Source: Bacilli bacterium
GTDB lineage: Bacteria; Bacillota_I; Bacilli_A; RF39; UBA660
Assembly (NCBI GenBank): GCA_017404555.1
Contig: JAFRCD010000005.1
Coordinates: 54,488 to 118,487, forward strand
Direction: 5' to 3'
Length of the DNA stretch: 64,000 bases
Shown here: positions 1 to 9,098 of the stretch, piece after piece
Numbering within the stretch: position 1 is the first letter of the stretch
How the letters are laid out: the number at the start of each line of letters is the position of its first letter
The notes under the pieces: model-generated
What the model was told of the DNA's origin: nothing
The model's input: the letters and a program-made list of their open reading frames with translations, nothing else
The model's database searches: none
Translations under genes and position numbers: made by a program

Positions 1-1
1 T

Positions 2-226
2 AAAGAAGCATTTTATAGTAAAAAAGAAAACATTCATTATTATTCTGATGGGATTCTAAATGAAATATCCAATTTAGAAGTAATGAATAGTTGTATTAGA
101 ATAATTACTAATAAAAAAAATAGTATTTTTATTAAATATTTAGAAAGATATAGTACTAATTTCTTCATCTGTGACTTTAAAAATACTAACTTTTATTTTA
201 TAGATAGAATTAAAACTCTTGTTTAA
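2..226 (+). CDS. sirA: 3' end of probable sporulation inhibitor of replication SirA (partial, not in ORF track)
   Basis: Frame 2 is open to TAA at 224-226 and ends ...YSTNFFICDFKNTNFYFIDRIKTLV, resembling the SirA C-terminus; it lies directly upstream of yneF as in B. subtilis sirA(yneE)-yneF. Confidence 0.6.
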   Translation, partial: KEAFYSKKENIHYYSDGILNEISNLEVMNSCIRIITNKKNSIFIKYLERYSTNFFICDFKNTNFYFIDRIKTLV

Positions 227-269
227 ATAATAAATATTTAGTAAAATAAAGAAGAAGGAGAGTGATAAA

Positions 270-479
270 ATGGCTCATGATATTATATTGGTAGTAATTA
301 GTCTTCTAGTAGGCGCAGTAATTGGTTTTTTAATTGCTAAACAATATATGCAAAAATATCTAAAGAAGAACCCACCTATTAATGAAGATATGATTAAAAC
401 ATTAATGATGCAGATGGGAAGAAAACCAAATCAAAAACAAATTAATCAAATGATGAAAGCAATGGAAAAGTATAATTAA
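270..479 (+). CDS. yneF: YneF/UPF0154 family small membrane protein
   Basis: N-terminal TM followed by [22 protein letters not shown] signature; RBS AAGGAG. Confidence 0.9.
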   Translation: MAHDIILVVISLLVGAVIGFLIAKQYMQKYLKKNPPINEDMIKTLMMQMGRKPNQKQINQMMKAMEKYN

Positions 480-545
480 CCATTGCTTTTTATTGACACA
501 AACTTCAAGAAAATAGTACAATTAATACATAAGGTAGGGAAGTAT

Positions 546-1859
546 ATGAAGAGAATATTTAGTATACATAATGTATTTTTAATGCTTGTAGTAGTACTAA
601 TAGGAGTACTAAGTCTAAATATAAAAGAAGCAAAAGCAGCAGGAACTGTAACTTGGAGTGGACCAAATTCAATCACCATTAGAGAGACAATAAGAAATAT
701 AGCAAATCCTATAGTGGCTAGTAGTGAGCATGGGCTTTTTGCTTCAGGTGATGATACGACACCAGTTTCAACAGCAACAATAAACTATACAGCCAGTGAT
801 ACTCCAACAAATTATCAAATAACGAAATCTACAACAATGGATTTATCAAGCCTAATGTTTATAAAACCAGGAGATTATGAATATTATTTTGAGCCAGATG
901 GTTTGATTGATTCAAACGATTACAGTATTGACGCATATTTTGATCCCGAAGATGATTTCAATTATTTTGTAGTAGTGCAAGTGCGAAATGTTGTTGATGC
1001 TAATAATGTACCAACTGGCAATTTTACGGCGTCGTTAATCTTATATAATACGGTGTATAATGAACAAACTGGAGAAGAGGAAATGGTAAAAATAACGCCA
1101 ATATCAGGAGTGTTATATGCTAATTACGATTTTGAAACTAATTCTACGTATTTTGGTCATATAGAACTATCAAAGACTGTAAAAGGGATAGGTGCTGATA
1201 CAACCGAATATTTCCCAGTAACAATTAGCATCGATAATGATCCTGGTGATAGCGAAAGTGATTATAGGAGTATTGATAGTAGTGGTTGGACATATCCAAT
1301 AAGTGGATTAGATGCAACAGTAACCTATAATGGAAATACTATTAACAACCCAACAACTATAACCGATGGAACACCAACAACTATCTATCTAAAACATGGA
1401 CAGACAGCAATCATTGGACAAGTCACAAGTGGTGGTAATACCTTTGATGCAATACCAGTTAAACGTAGATATTCTATTCCTCCACTTGATCCAAATCCAG
1501 GGGGAGGAGGTATTATAATTATAAAAAATTATAAAGCCAACCCTATAACTCCTAAAAAAATGATAAATATTAATGGTGATGATCTATTTGGTAGTTATTT
1601 TACAGCGGTAGAAACACCTGGAAGTTATAGTCCATCATATTCTATAGATGGAGAAGCAGCTGAAACTGGCTACTCAGTTCCTGCAACAGAAATTGCGTCG
1701 GGTACAAATACAGTAGATTTCTACAATACCAAAGAAATGTCACCAGTAACTGGATTAATCTTTACAATATTACCTTACTTAATACTAGCAGGTATTGGTA
1801 TAGGAGGAACACTTCTAATAATGCATTTAAAGAAAGAAGAAAGAAAAGTTAAGGAATAG
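546..1859 (+). CDS. Sortase-anchored pilin/adhesin-like surface protein (FctA/Spy0128-like domains)
   Basis: Signal peptide ending AKA; IELSKTVKG..FPVTISI and YLKHGQTAII motifs; C-terminal FYNTKEMSPVTG, hydrophobic helix and basic tail. Start moved to ATG 546. Confidence 0.65.
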   Translation: MKRIFSIHNVFLMLVVVLIGVLSLNIKEAKAAGTVTWSGPNSITIRETIRNIANPIVASSEHGLFASGDDTTPVSTATINYTASDTPTNYQITKSTTMDLSSLMFIKPGDYEYYFEPDGLIDSNDYSIDAYFDPEDDFNYFVVVQVRNVVDANNVPTGNFTASLILYNTVYNEQTGEEEMVKITPISGVLYANYDFETNSTYFGHIELSKTVKGIGADTTEYFPVTISIDNDPGDSESDYRSIDSSGWTYPISGLDATVTYNGNTINNPTTITDGTPTTIYLKHGQTAIIGQVTSGGNTFDAIPVKRRYSIPPLDPNPGGGGIIIIKNYKANPITPKKMININGDDLFGSYFTAVETPGSYSPSYSIDGEAAETGYSVPATEIASGTNTVDFYNTKEMSPVTGLIFTILPYLILAGIGIGGTLLIMHLKKEERKVKE

Positions 1860-1879
1860 ATTTAATATCTATTCTTTTT
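1851..1879 (+). terminator. Rho-independent terminator
   Basis: AAGGAATAGAT-TTAAT-ATCTATTCTTT hairpin followed by T-tract. Confidence 0.7.
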
Positions 1880-1905
1880 ATGTTAAAATAAAGTTGGTGA
1901 TGGCC

Positions 1906-3669
1906 ATGAAAGACTTTAAGCAAAAACTTAGTAATACACCAACTGCACCTGGTAGTTACCAGATGAAGAATAAAGATGGTGTAATTATTTATGTTGGTAA
2001 AGCCAAAAACTTACAAAAACGTCTTAGAAGTTACTTTACTAAGAGTCAAACAGGTAAAACACTAAGATTAGTTGAAGAAATAGATGATTTTGAATACATA
2101 GTTACATCATCAGAATTAGAATCATTAATACTAGAAATAACCTTAATAAAAAAATATAATCCTAAATATAATATCTTACTTAAAGATGATAAAACTTATC
2201 CTTATATTGAACTTACTAATGAAAAGTATCCAAGGGTTAGAGTAGTACGTAATGTTAAAAGAAAACGAAATAAAAACTATTTATATGGACCTTTTCCTAA
2301 TGTTAAAGCGGCTCGTAAAACTGTAAATATTATTAATAGAATATATCCTCTTAGAAAGTGTGATCGTCTACCTAAAGAAGTATGTCTATATTACCATATT
2401 GGTGAATGTCTAGGATATTGTGCATATGATATTGATGAAGAAATCATAAATACAATGAAAAAAGAGATAATTAGCTTCTTAAAAGGAGATAGTTCTATTA
2501 TTACAAAAAAGATTAAAGAAGAAATGCAGAAAGCTAGTGATAATCTTAACTATGAAAGGGCTCTTGAACTTAAAGAAATGCTCACTGATATAGATATTAC
2601 TCTTTCTAAACAGAAATTAGATCTTCGTCAAGCTATTGACTTCGATGTAATAAACTATTATACCGATAAGAATTATGTCTCTATTCAAATATTCTTCATT
2701 CGTGATGGTCTTTTAACATCACGTCATGAGGAGATATTTAGTAGTATTGATAAAAGTGAAGATGAAATTATTGAATATATTATTAAATTCTATGATAATT
2801 TAGGAATTATTCCTAAAGAAATAATTATACCAGAATCAATAAATAAAGATCTTCTAGAAGAATACTATCAAAATAAAGTATTAGTGCCAAAGAAGGGTAA
2901 ATATAAGAAACTTCTTGATTTAGCTTATACAAACGCTAAAGACAAGTTACTTTCTAGGGAAGAAAAAGAAATAGAGTCTAATCAAAGTAGACTAGAAGCT
3001 ATTGATGAATTAAGTAGTCTTCTAGGACGTAAAGTATCGAAAATGGAAGCTTTTGATAATTCTCATTTATTTGGTACTTTCTATGTTGGAGGAATGGTTG
3101 TCTATGATGATTTTATTCCTCTAAAGAATGAATACCGTAAATATAAATTATCACTTGATGTCAAAGATGATTTAAAAGCCATGCATGAAGTATTATATCG
3201 TCGCTATTTTAAATTATTAATGGAGAATCTACCATATCCTGATCTAATTGTGATGGATGGTGGTAAAACCCAAATAAATGTCGCTAAAGAGGTTATTTCT
3301 TCTTTAAAACTAGATATACCTATCATTGGGCTAGTTAAAGATAGTAAACATAGAACTAGCTATATAATGGATGAAAACTATAATGTATTGGAAATAAAAA
3401 AAGATAGTAAACTATTACTTTTCCTAACTAAAATGCAAGAAGAAGTACATCGCTTTGCGATTACCTATCATCGTAACATTAAAAGTAAAGGTGCTTTAGT
3501 AAGTGTCCTTGATAGTATCCCTGGTGTAGGTGAAAAAAGAAGAAAATCTCTAATTAGAGAATTTGGTTCCTTAAAGAAATTAAAAGAAGCAAGCGTTGAA
3601 GAAATAGGTAAAGTAATTAAAAATAAAACTGATGCCGAAAAAATATATAAATATTTAAAAGAAATATAG
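1906..3669 (+). CDS. uvrC: Excinuclease ABC subunit C
   Basis: GIY-YIG domain (PGSY..IIYVGKAKNL), FDNSH, DGGKTQ, HRFAITYHR and C-terminal HhH. Confidence 0.97.
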   Translation: MKDFKQKLSNTPTAPGSYQMKNKDGVIIYVGKAKNLQKRLRSYFTKSQTGKTLRLVEEIDDFEYIVTSSELESLILEITLIKKYNPKYNILLKDDKTYPYIELTNEKYPRVRVVRNVKRKRNKNYLYGPFPNVKAARKTVNIINRIYPLRKCDRLPKEVCLYYHIGECLGYCAYDIDEEIINTMKKEIISFLKGDSSIITKKIKEEMQKASDNLNYERALELKEMLTDIDITLSKQKLDLRQAIDFDVINYYTDKNYVSIQIFFIRDGLLTSRHEEIFSSIDKSEDEIIEYIIKFYDNLGIIPKEIIIPESINKDLLEEYYQNKVLVPKKGKYKKLLDLAYTNAKDKLLSREEKEIESNQSRLEAIDELSSLLGRKVSKMEAFDNSHLFGTFYVGGMVVYDDFIPLKNEYRKYKLSLDVKDDLKAMHEVLYRRYFKLLMENLPYPDLIVMDGGKTQINVAKEVISSLKLDIPIIGLVKDSKHRTSYIMDENYNVLEIKKDSKLLLFLTKMQEEVHRFAITYHRNIKSKGALVSVLDSIPGVGEKRRKSLIREFGSLKKLKEASVEEIGKVIKNKTDAEKIYKYLKEI

Positions 3670-3693
3670 TATAATAAGATTGAGGTGAAAATT

Positions 3694-4083
3694 ATGAATA
3701 ATAAAGGGTATACATTAATTGAATTATTAGGAACTATTGCGATAATAGGAATACTTACTTATTTAGCTGTTGCTGGAGTTAGTAAATATGTTGACAAAAG
3801 TAAAAAGGAAACATATGCCAATCATGAAAAAACACTTAAAAGAGCAACCCAAAACTATATGATGGATCATCTTGATAGTACTGGTAGAATCGCTGCTTCT
3901 ACATTAAAAGATGAAGGTTATCTTGATAATTTAGAGGATCCTAAAAGTCACACAAGTTGTATTCCTAATACCTTTGTCGATGTTCAGGCTAGTCAGGCAC
4001 CAAATAGTTTTAATACTAGTTATACGTACACTATATGCTTAAAATGTGCTAATTATGAAAGCGAGACTTGTCCTAGTAGTTAG
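3694..4083 (+). CDS. Type IV pilin-like protein (prepilin N-methylation motif)
   Basis: NNKG|YTLIELL with Glu at +5, hydrophobic helix, four Cys in the C-terminal part. Confidence 0.85.
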   Translation: MNNKGYTLIELLGTIAIIGILTYLAVAGVSKYVDKSKKETYANHEKTLKRATQNYMMDHLDSTGRIAASTLKDEGYLDNLEDPKSHTSCIPNTFVDVQASQAPNSFNTSYTYTICLKCANYESETCPSS

Positions 4084-4091
4084 GTGATATC

Positions 4092-5813
4092 ATGGCTAAA
4101 ATAGAAGTAATGGATCAAAACTTAGCTAATAAGATCGCCGCTGGTGAAGTTATTGAAAGAGTTATGAATGTTGTTAAGGAACTAGTTGAAAACTCTATTG
4201 ATGCTGAAGCTAGTGAAATAAAGATTGAATTAGAGAATTCAGGTATCGATAAGATAAAGATAACTGATAATGGTATCGGGATGAACAAAGAAGATGCTCA
4301 TCTTTCTTTTTCGCGTCATGCAACATCTAAAATTAAGAAGATTGATGACTTATTCGATATCGAAACCCTAGGCTTTCGTGGTGAAGCATTACCTTCTATT
4401 GCCGCTGTTGCTAAAGTTAAAATGAAAAGTTCCGATGGTAAAGAGGGAACTACCATTATAATTGATGGAGGTAAGTTAGTTAAGGAAGAAGATAGTGATC
4501 TAAAGAAAGGTACTCAAATTGAAGTTGAAAAACTTTTTTATAATACTCCAGTTCGTCTTAAGTATCTAAAAAGTCCTCATGTTGAATTGTCTCATGTTTT
4601 AGAATACTTAAATAAAATAGTTCTTGCTCATCCGGAAATAAAATTTACAGTAAAAAATGATGGTAAAGAGCTAATAAAGACTGATGGTAGAGGAGATTTA
4701 TTGAAAGTTATATATAATATATATGGTGCTGATGTTGCTAAGAAAATGATTACTATTGAGTCTGAGAATGACGATTATAGTTTATCTGGATATATTGCTT
4801 ATCCTGAGAAAGCTCGTAGTAATCGTAATGCTATTACTACTTTAGTAAATGGTCGTTATATTAAAAATAATTTCCTTAATAGGGCTATTATTGATGCCTA
4901 TCACACATATATTCCTAAAGATAAGTTTCCAATTGTTGTCTTAAACATTTCTGTAGATCCTATTTTAGTTGATATTAATATTCATCCTACTAAAATGGAT
5001 ATTAAATTTTCTAAAATGAATGAATTAAAAGAACTAGTTAATGATAGTATTGTAAAAAACTTAGAAAAACTAGTTTTAATACCTGATATTTCTGAAAATA
5101 AAGTAATAGAAGATAAAGCAGAAATAACTGATTATCAAGAAGAATTAGAGAAAATAGAAAAAGATGATGATTATACTATCGCCGAACCAACTTATGAAGA
5201 AATCAGTCTTGATTTTGATGAAGTTCGTACTATTAAAAGAATAATTCCGAAGGGAATTGTCTTCGAAACATATATTATTGGTGAAAATGAAGATGGTATG
5301 TATATTATTGATCAACATGCTGCAGCAGAGAGGATTAATTATGAAAAGTATCTAACAAATATGAAAAAAGAGAAAACTACTGTTACTGATTTATTAATAC
5401 CTATTAAAATAGAACTACCTAACAATGAATTTATTATCGTTAAGAATAATCTTGAACTATTAGAATCCTTTGGTTTTAATATTGAAGAGTTCGGTAGTAA
5501 CACTTTTATTGTTCGTTCTCATCCAACCTGGTTATTAGAGGGCTTTGAAGAGGAACAAATTCGTAAAATATTTGAAATAGTTAGTGTTAAAGAAGATTTC
5601 ACTAGAGAAAAGTTCATTGATCGTACAGCGATGACTTTGGCTTGTCGAATGTCAATTAAAGCTCATGATTATATTAGTGAAGAGGACATGACTTATCTAT
5701 TAGATACTTTAATTGCTTGTGAAAATCCATTTACTTGTCCTCATGGTCGACCCACTATTATAACTTACTCTAAATACGAACTAGAAAGACTATTTAAAAG
5801 GAGTATGAATTAA
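4092..5813 (+). CDS. mutL: DNA mismatch repair endonuclease MutL
   Basis: NKIAAGEVIER, GFRGEAL, DQHAAAERINYE, CPHGRP. Confidence 0.97.
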   Translation: MAKIEVMDQNLANKIAAGEVIERVMNVVKELVENSIDAEASEIKIELENSGIDKIKITDNGIGMNKEDAHLSFSRHATSKIKKIDDLFDIETLGFRGEALPSIAAVAKVKMKSSDGKEGTTIIIDGGKLVKEEDSDLKKGTQIEVEKLFYNTPVRLKYLKSPHVELSHVLEYLNKIVLAHPEIKFTVKNDGKELIKTDGRGDLLKVIYNIYGADVAKKMITIESENDDYSLSGYIAYPEKARSNRNAITTLVNGRYIKNNFLNRAIIDAYHTYIPKDKFPIVVLNISVDPILVDINIHPTKMDIKFSKMNELKELVNDSIVKNLEKLVLIPDISENKVIEDKAEITDYQEELEKIEKDDDYTIAEPTYEEISLDFDEVRTIKRIIPKGIVFETYIIGENEDGMYIIDQHAAAERINYEKYLTNMKKEKTTVTDLLIPIKIELPNNEFIIVKNNLELLESFGFNIEEFGSNTFIVRSHPTWLLEGFEEEQIRKIFEIVSVKEDFTREKFIDRTAMTLACRMSIKAHDYISEEDMTYLLDTLIACENPFTCPHGRPTIITYSKYELERLFKRSMN

Positions 5814-6689
5814 ATGAAAAAAGACATTATTGTAATTGTTGGACCTACTGGTGTTGGTAAAACCAAAGTAAGTATTGAACTAGCTAAAAGATTAGATGCT
5901 GAAATAATTAATGGGGACTCCGTTAGTATTTATAAAAGACTTGATATTGGTAGTGCTAAACCAACACCTGAGGAGAGAGAAGGAATAATCCACCATCTAT
6001 TTGATATAAAAGATATTGATGAAGAGTATTCTGTTTATGACTATCAAAAAGATGGTCGAAAAATTATTGATGAATTAGAGAAGAATAATAAACAAATTAT
6101 TATTGTTGGTGGTACAGGGTTATATATTAAAGCTCTATTATACGATTATAGATTTACTGAAGGTACTAAATATGATGAATATAATGATCTAAGCAATGAA
6201 GAAATACTTACTAAAATAAATGAATTTGATCAAGATATTAATATTCATCCTAACAATAGACAAAGATTAGTAAGAACGTTAAATAAGATTGAAAATAATG
6301 AAAAAATTAACTCCAATAAAGACCAAGCACTTTATAATATCAAAGTAATTGGTCTAACTACTAATCGTGATCTTCTATATGAAAGAATCAATAAGAGAGT
6401 AGAAATTATGTTTACAAATGGTCTTTTAGAAGAAGTTAATAGTCTAAAAGAGTATTATTCTAAATCTAAAATACTTAATAATGCCATTGGTTATAAGGAA
6501 TTTGTACCTTACTTTAATAATGAATGTTCACTTAATGAGGTAAAGGAAGAGATTAAAAAGAATACCCGTCATTATGCCAAAAGACAGTACACGTTCTTTA
6601 ATAATCAATTTAATACTAATTGGTATGATGTTAATTTTAATGATATAAATGCTACCATTGAAGAGATATATTGTGATATAATAAAATAA
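5814..6689 (+). CDS. miaA: tRNA dimethylallyltransferase
   Basis: GPTGVGKT, LDIGSAKP, VGGTGLY, YAKRQYTFF. Confidence 0.96.
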   Translation: MKKDIIVIVGPTGVGKTKVSIELAKRLDAEIINGDSVSIYKRLDIGSAKPTPEEREGIIHHLFDIKDIDEEYSVYDYQKDGRKIIDELEKNNKQIIIVGGTGLYIKALLYDYRFTEGTKYDEYNDLSNEEILTKINEFDQDINIHPNNRQRLVRTLNKIENNEKINSNKDQALYNIKVIGLTTNRDLLYERINKRVEIMFTNGLLEEVNSLKEYYSKSKILNNAIGYKEFVPYFNNECSLNEVKEEIKKNTRHYAKRQYTFFNNQFNTNWYDVNFNDINATIEEIYCDIIK

Positions 6690-6712
6690 ATTGCAGAGGG
6701 AAGGGTTCGTAA

Positions 6713-8473
6713 ATGAAAGATTATGAAAATATGTTTTTAGCAACTTTAATGAAAAAGTACAGTGTAGGAGATAATCATCTTGTTTTTCTACCAATGAATA
6801 CAATGTGTGGATCTGTTGCTTTTTTTAATAATGTTCCTACCGTTGATGAGAATAATGAAGAAGTATTTGAAATACTGCCCGAATACGATGAAACAGTTGA
6901 AAATGGTGATTTCGCAACTATCTTTATTGATAGTGCTGGTAATAACTATTTTCCTCTTGATGATTATGACTTTCTAATATCTAATTGCGATCAATGTTAT
7001 ACAACACTTGTTAGAGTAACAGATTTAATCGAGGGTGAGCCAACTGAAGAAAATGTTCAGGAAGCTATTCAAAATTTTAGTGAGGAAACCCAACATTTAA
7101 TAGTAGATGCTAAATATGATGATGAAAAAGATGAATATAGTTTTACTCCTATCTTTTTAGATAAAGTGTTTACTACAACTGAAGAAAATGTCGAAGAAAT
7201 AGAAAAAGATGATAATGATAAAGAAGGAACTGTCTCATTAACTGCTGATGATCTATTATCTCTTTTAGCTGAAAATGCTTTTGATATTGATCAATTAAGA
7301 GATATTAGATCACAATTAACCGAAACTGCTGAGAATATCAAAGTATTAGAAGAGTTCGTTGATAATGAATTAAAAAAAGAAGAGACTCCTGAAGATAAAC
7401 CTACTTCAAAGATAGTAGCCTTACTAAAGGATCAATATAATGTAGATACCTTCGATCGTAATGAAGTATTCAAGAAAGTATCATCTGCTGTTATATCTCA
7501 AGATGAACATATTGCCCGTATTCTGTCTGAATTACAGAGAATTGATATTGCTGAAGCGACTGGTTCTATTGAGTATAATTCAGCTATCTTATTAACTGGT
7601 TCAACTGGTGTTGGTAAAACAGAAATGATGAGACAGATAGCTAAAGCTATTAATCGTCCTTTTGCAATAGTTGATACCAATCAATTAACAACAGCCGGTT
7701 ATGTGGGACTAGATATTGAAGAAGTTTTATACCAATTATACTTAGATTGTAATAAGGATATCAAAAAAGCAGAGAAGGCCATTATCTTCTTTGATGAAAT
7801 AGATAAGAAGGGATCTTCTAATAAAGATGATCCTCATGGTAAAGGGGTCCTAAATGAATTATTAAAATTTGTTGATGGTACTACCTATATGGCTAAACCA
7901 AATATTCATTCCACTTATGGAGTAAATATTGATACATCCCATATGCGTGTAATCTTTGGTGGAGCTTTTACTGAAGTATATAAAGATTTTGGTCGTCGTA
8001 ATGCTCAAATTGGTTTCAATAAAACTGAAGTAGTTAAAAAAGAACCTAATATTGATGACTTCGTAGAAAAAGCTCAAATACCTGATGAGTTTATGGGTAG
8101 ATGTTCAGTAGTAATTCATTTAAATGATTTAGAGGAAAAAGATTTAGCAGAAATACTAGTTAAATCAAATATATCAGAGATTAAGAACCAACAAAAGATA
8201 TTTAAACAAATTGGTATTAATCTAAAGTGCTCTGATTCTTATATAAAAGAAATAGCTCATCAAGCTTACCTAGAAAAAACAGGTGCTCGTAGCCTAAGAG
8301 GTAAAGTATCTGCTTCTGCTTGGTCAGCCCTAGATTATGCTATTGATCATACTGGTGAATTTGATACAGTTACTTTCAATAAGAACACTGCATTAGATAG
8401 TAGAAAATATCATATCTATAAAAAAGAAATCAAGAATATGGAAAAAGTAAAAACAAAGAAAAAGAGTAAATAG
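6713..8473 (+). CDS. ClpX-like AAA+ ATPase with atypical acidic N-terminal domain
   Basis: Walker A GSTGVGKT, pore-1 GYVG, Walker B IIFFDEIDK, IGF loop, EFMGR, GARSLR; no C4 zinc-binding N-domain. Confidence 0.8.
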   Translation: MKDYENMFLATLMKKYSVGDNHLVFLPMNTMCGSVAFFNNVPTVDENNEEVFEILPEYDETVENGDFATIFIDSAGNNYFPLDDYDFLISNCDQCYTTLVRVTDLIEGEPTEENVQEAIQNFSEETQHLIVDAKYDDEKDEYSFTPIFLDKVFTTTEENVEEIEKDDNDKEGTVSLTADDLLSLLAENAFDIDQLRDIRSQLTETAENIKVLEEFVDNELKKEETPEDKPTSKIVALLKDQYNVDTFDRNEVFKKVSSAVISQDEHIARILSELQRIDIAEATGSIEYNSAILLTGSTGVGKTEMMRQIAKAINRPFAIVDTNQLTTAGYVGLDIEEVLYQLYLDCNKDIKKAEKAIIFFDEIDKKGSSNKDDPHGKGVLNELLKFVDGTTYMAKPNIHSTYGVNIDTSHMRVIFGGAFTEVYKDFGRRNAQIGFNKTEVVKKEPNIDDFVEKAQIPDEFMGRCSVVIHLNDLEEKDLAEILVKSNISEIKNQQKIFKQIGINLKCSDSYIKEIAHQAYLEKTGARSLRGKVSASAWSALDYAIDHTGEFDTVTFNKNTALDSRKYHIYKKEIKNMEKVKTKKKSK

Positions 8474-8482
8474 GAGGTTCCT

Positions 8483-9007
8483 ATGGAAAAGAGTGATACT
8501 GAATTACTTTTCATGCAACAAATACAACATGTGGTGACGGAGTTTAATGAAAAGGCCAATAATTATAATACTAGAAGAGAATTTCAAAATGCTAGAGATT
8601 TTCTTAATCTAATTAATATCTATTTAACAAATAGAACTTTTGAATTATACGATAAAAGAACTTATTTGGAAATGGATATTGATAAAGAAAAAGAGATCTA
8701 TATGGCCTTAAAAAGTAGAATGAATGGATTATTACATTATTTCAATCGTAACAGTCAAGTAATAGAGTATAATGAAAATAATAAAGATCCAGTTGATTAT
8801 ATTCATCTTTCTAAAGTTTATTATTATCTTAAAACAGCTACTGATATTAAGACTAATAACTTAAAAGATGTTCTAAAGTATTATAAGAAATTAGATAAAA
8901 AGATGATAAAAGAGTATTATCGGTCTACTACTACAAGTGGTGCGTTTGTTGAAGAAGCTAATACTTTAGTAGAAGCCAATAGAATAAGCAATGAAAAGAG
9001 ACTGTAA
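8483..9007 (+). CDS. Hypothetical protein, co-transcribed with the ClpX-like gene
   Basis: 174 aa ORF with RBS GGAGG, starting 9 bp after the previous stop; no recognisable motif. Confidence 0.75.
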   Translation: MEKSDTELLFMQQIQHVVTEFNEKANNYNTRREFQNARDFLNLINIYLTNRTFELYDKRTYLEMDIDKEKEIYMALKSRMNGLLHYFNRNSQVIEYNENNKDPVDYIHLSKVYYYLKTATDIKTNNLKDVLKYYKKLDKKMIKEYYRSTTTSGAFVEEANTLVEANRISNEKRL

Positions 9008-9019
9008 AGTCTCTTTTTT
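8994..9019 (+). terminator. Rho-independent terminator
   Basis: AAAAGAGACT-GTAA-AGTCTCTTTT plus T-tract. Confidence 0.75.
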
Positions 9020-9098
9020 AGTGTCAATAAATGTCAAAACATTTGCGTCTTTACTCTAAATTAGATATAATTATCATGGAAAGATATGGTGATTTTAC

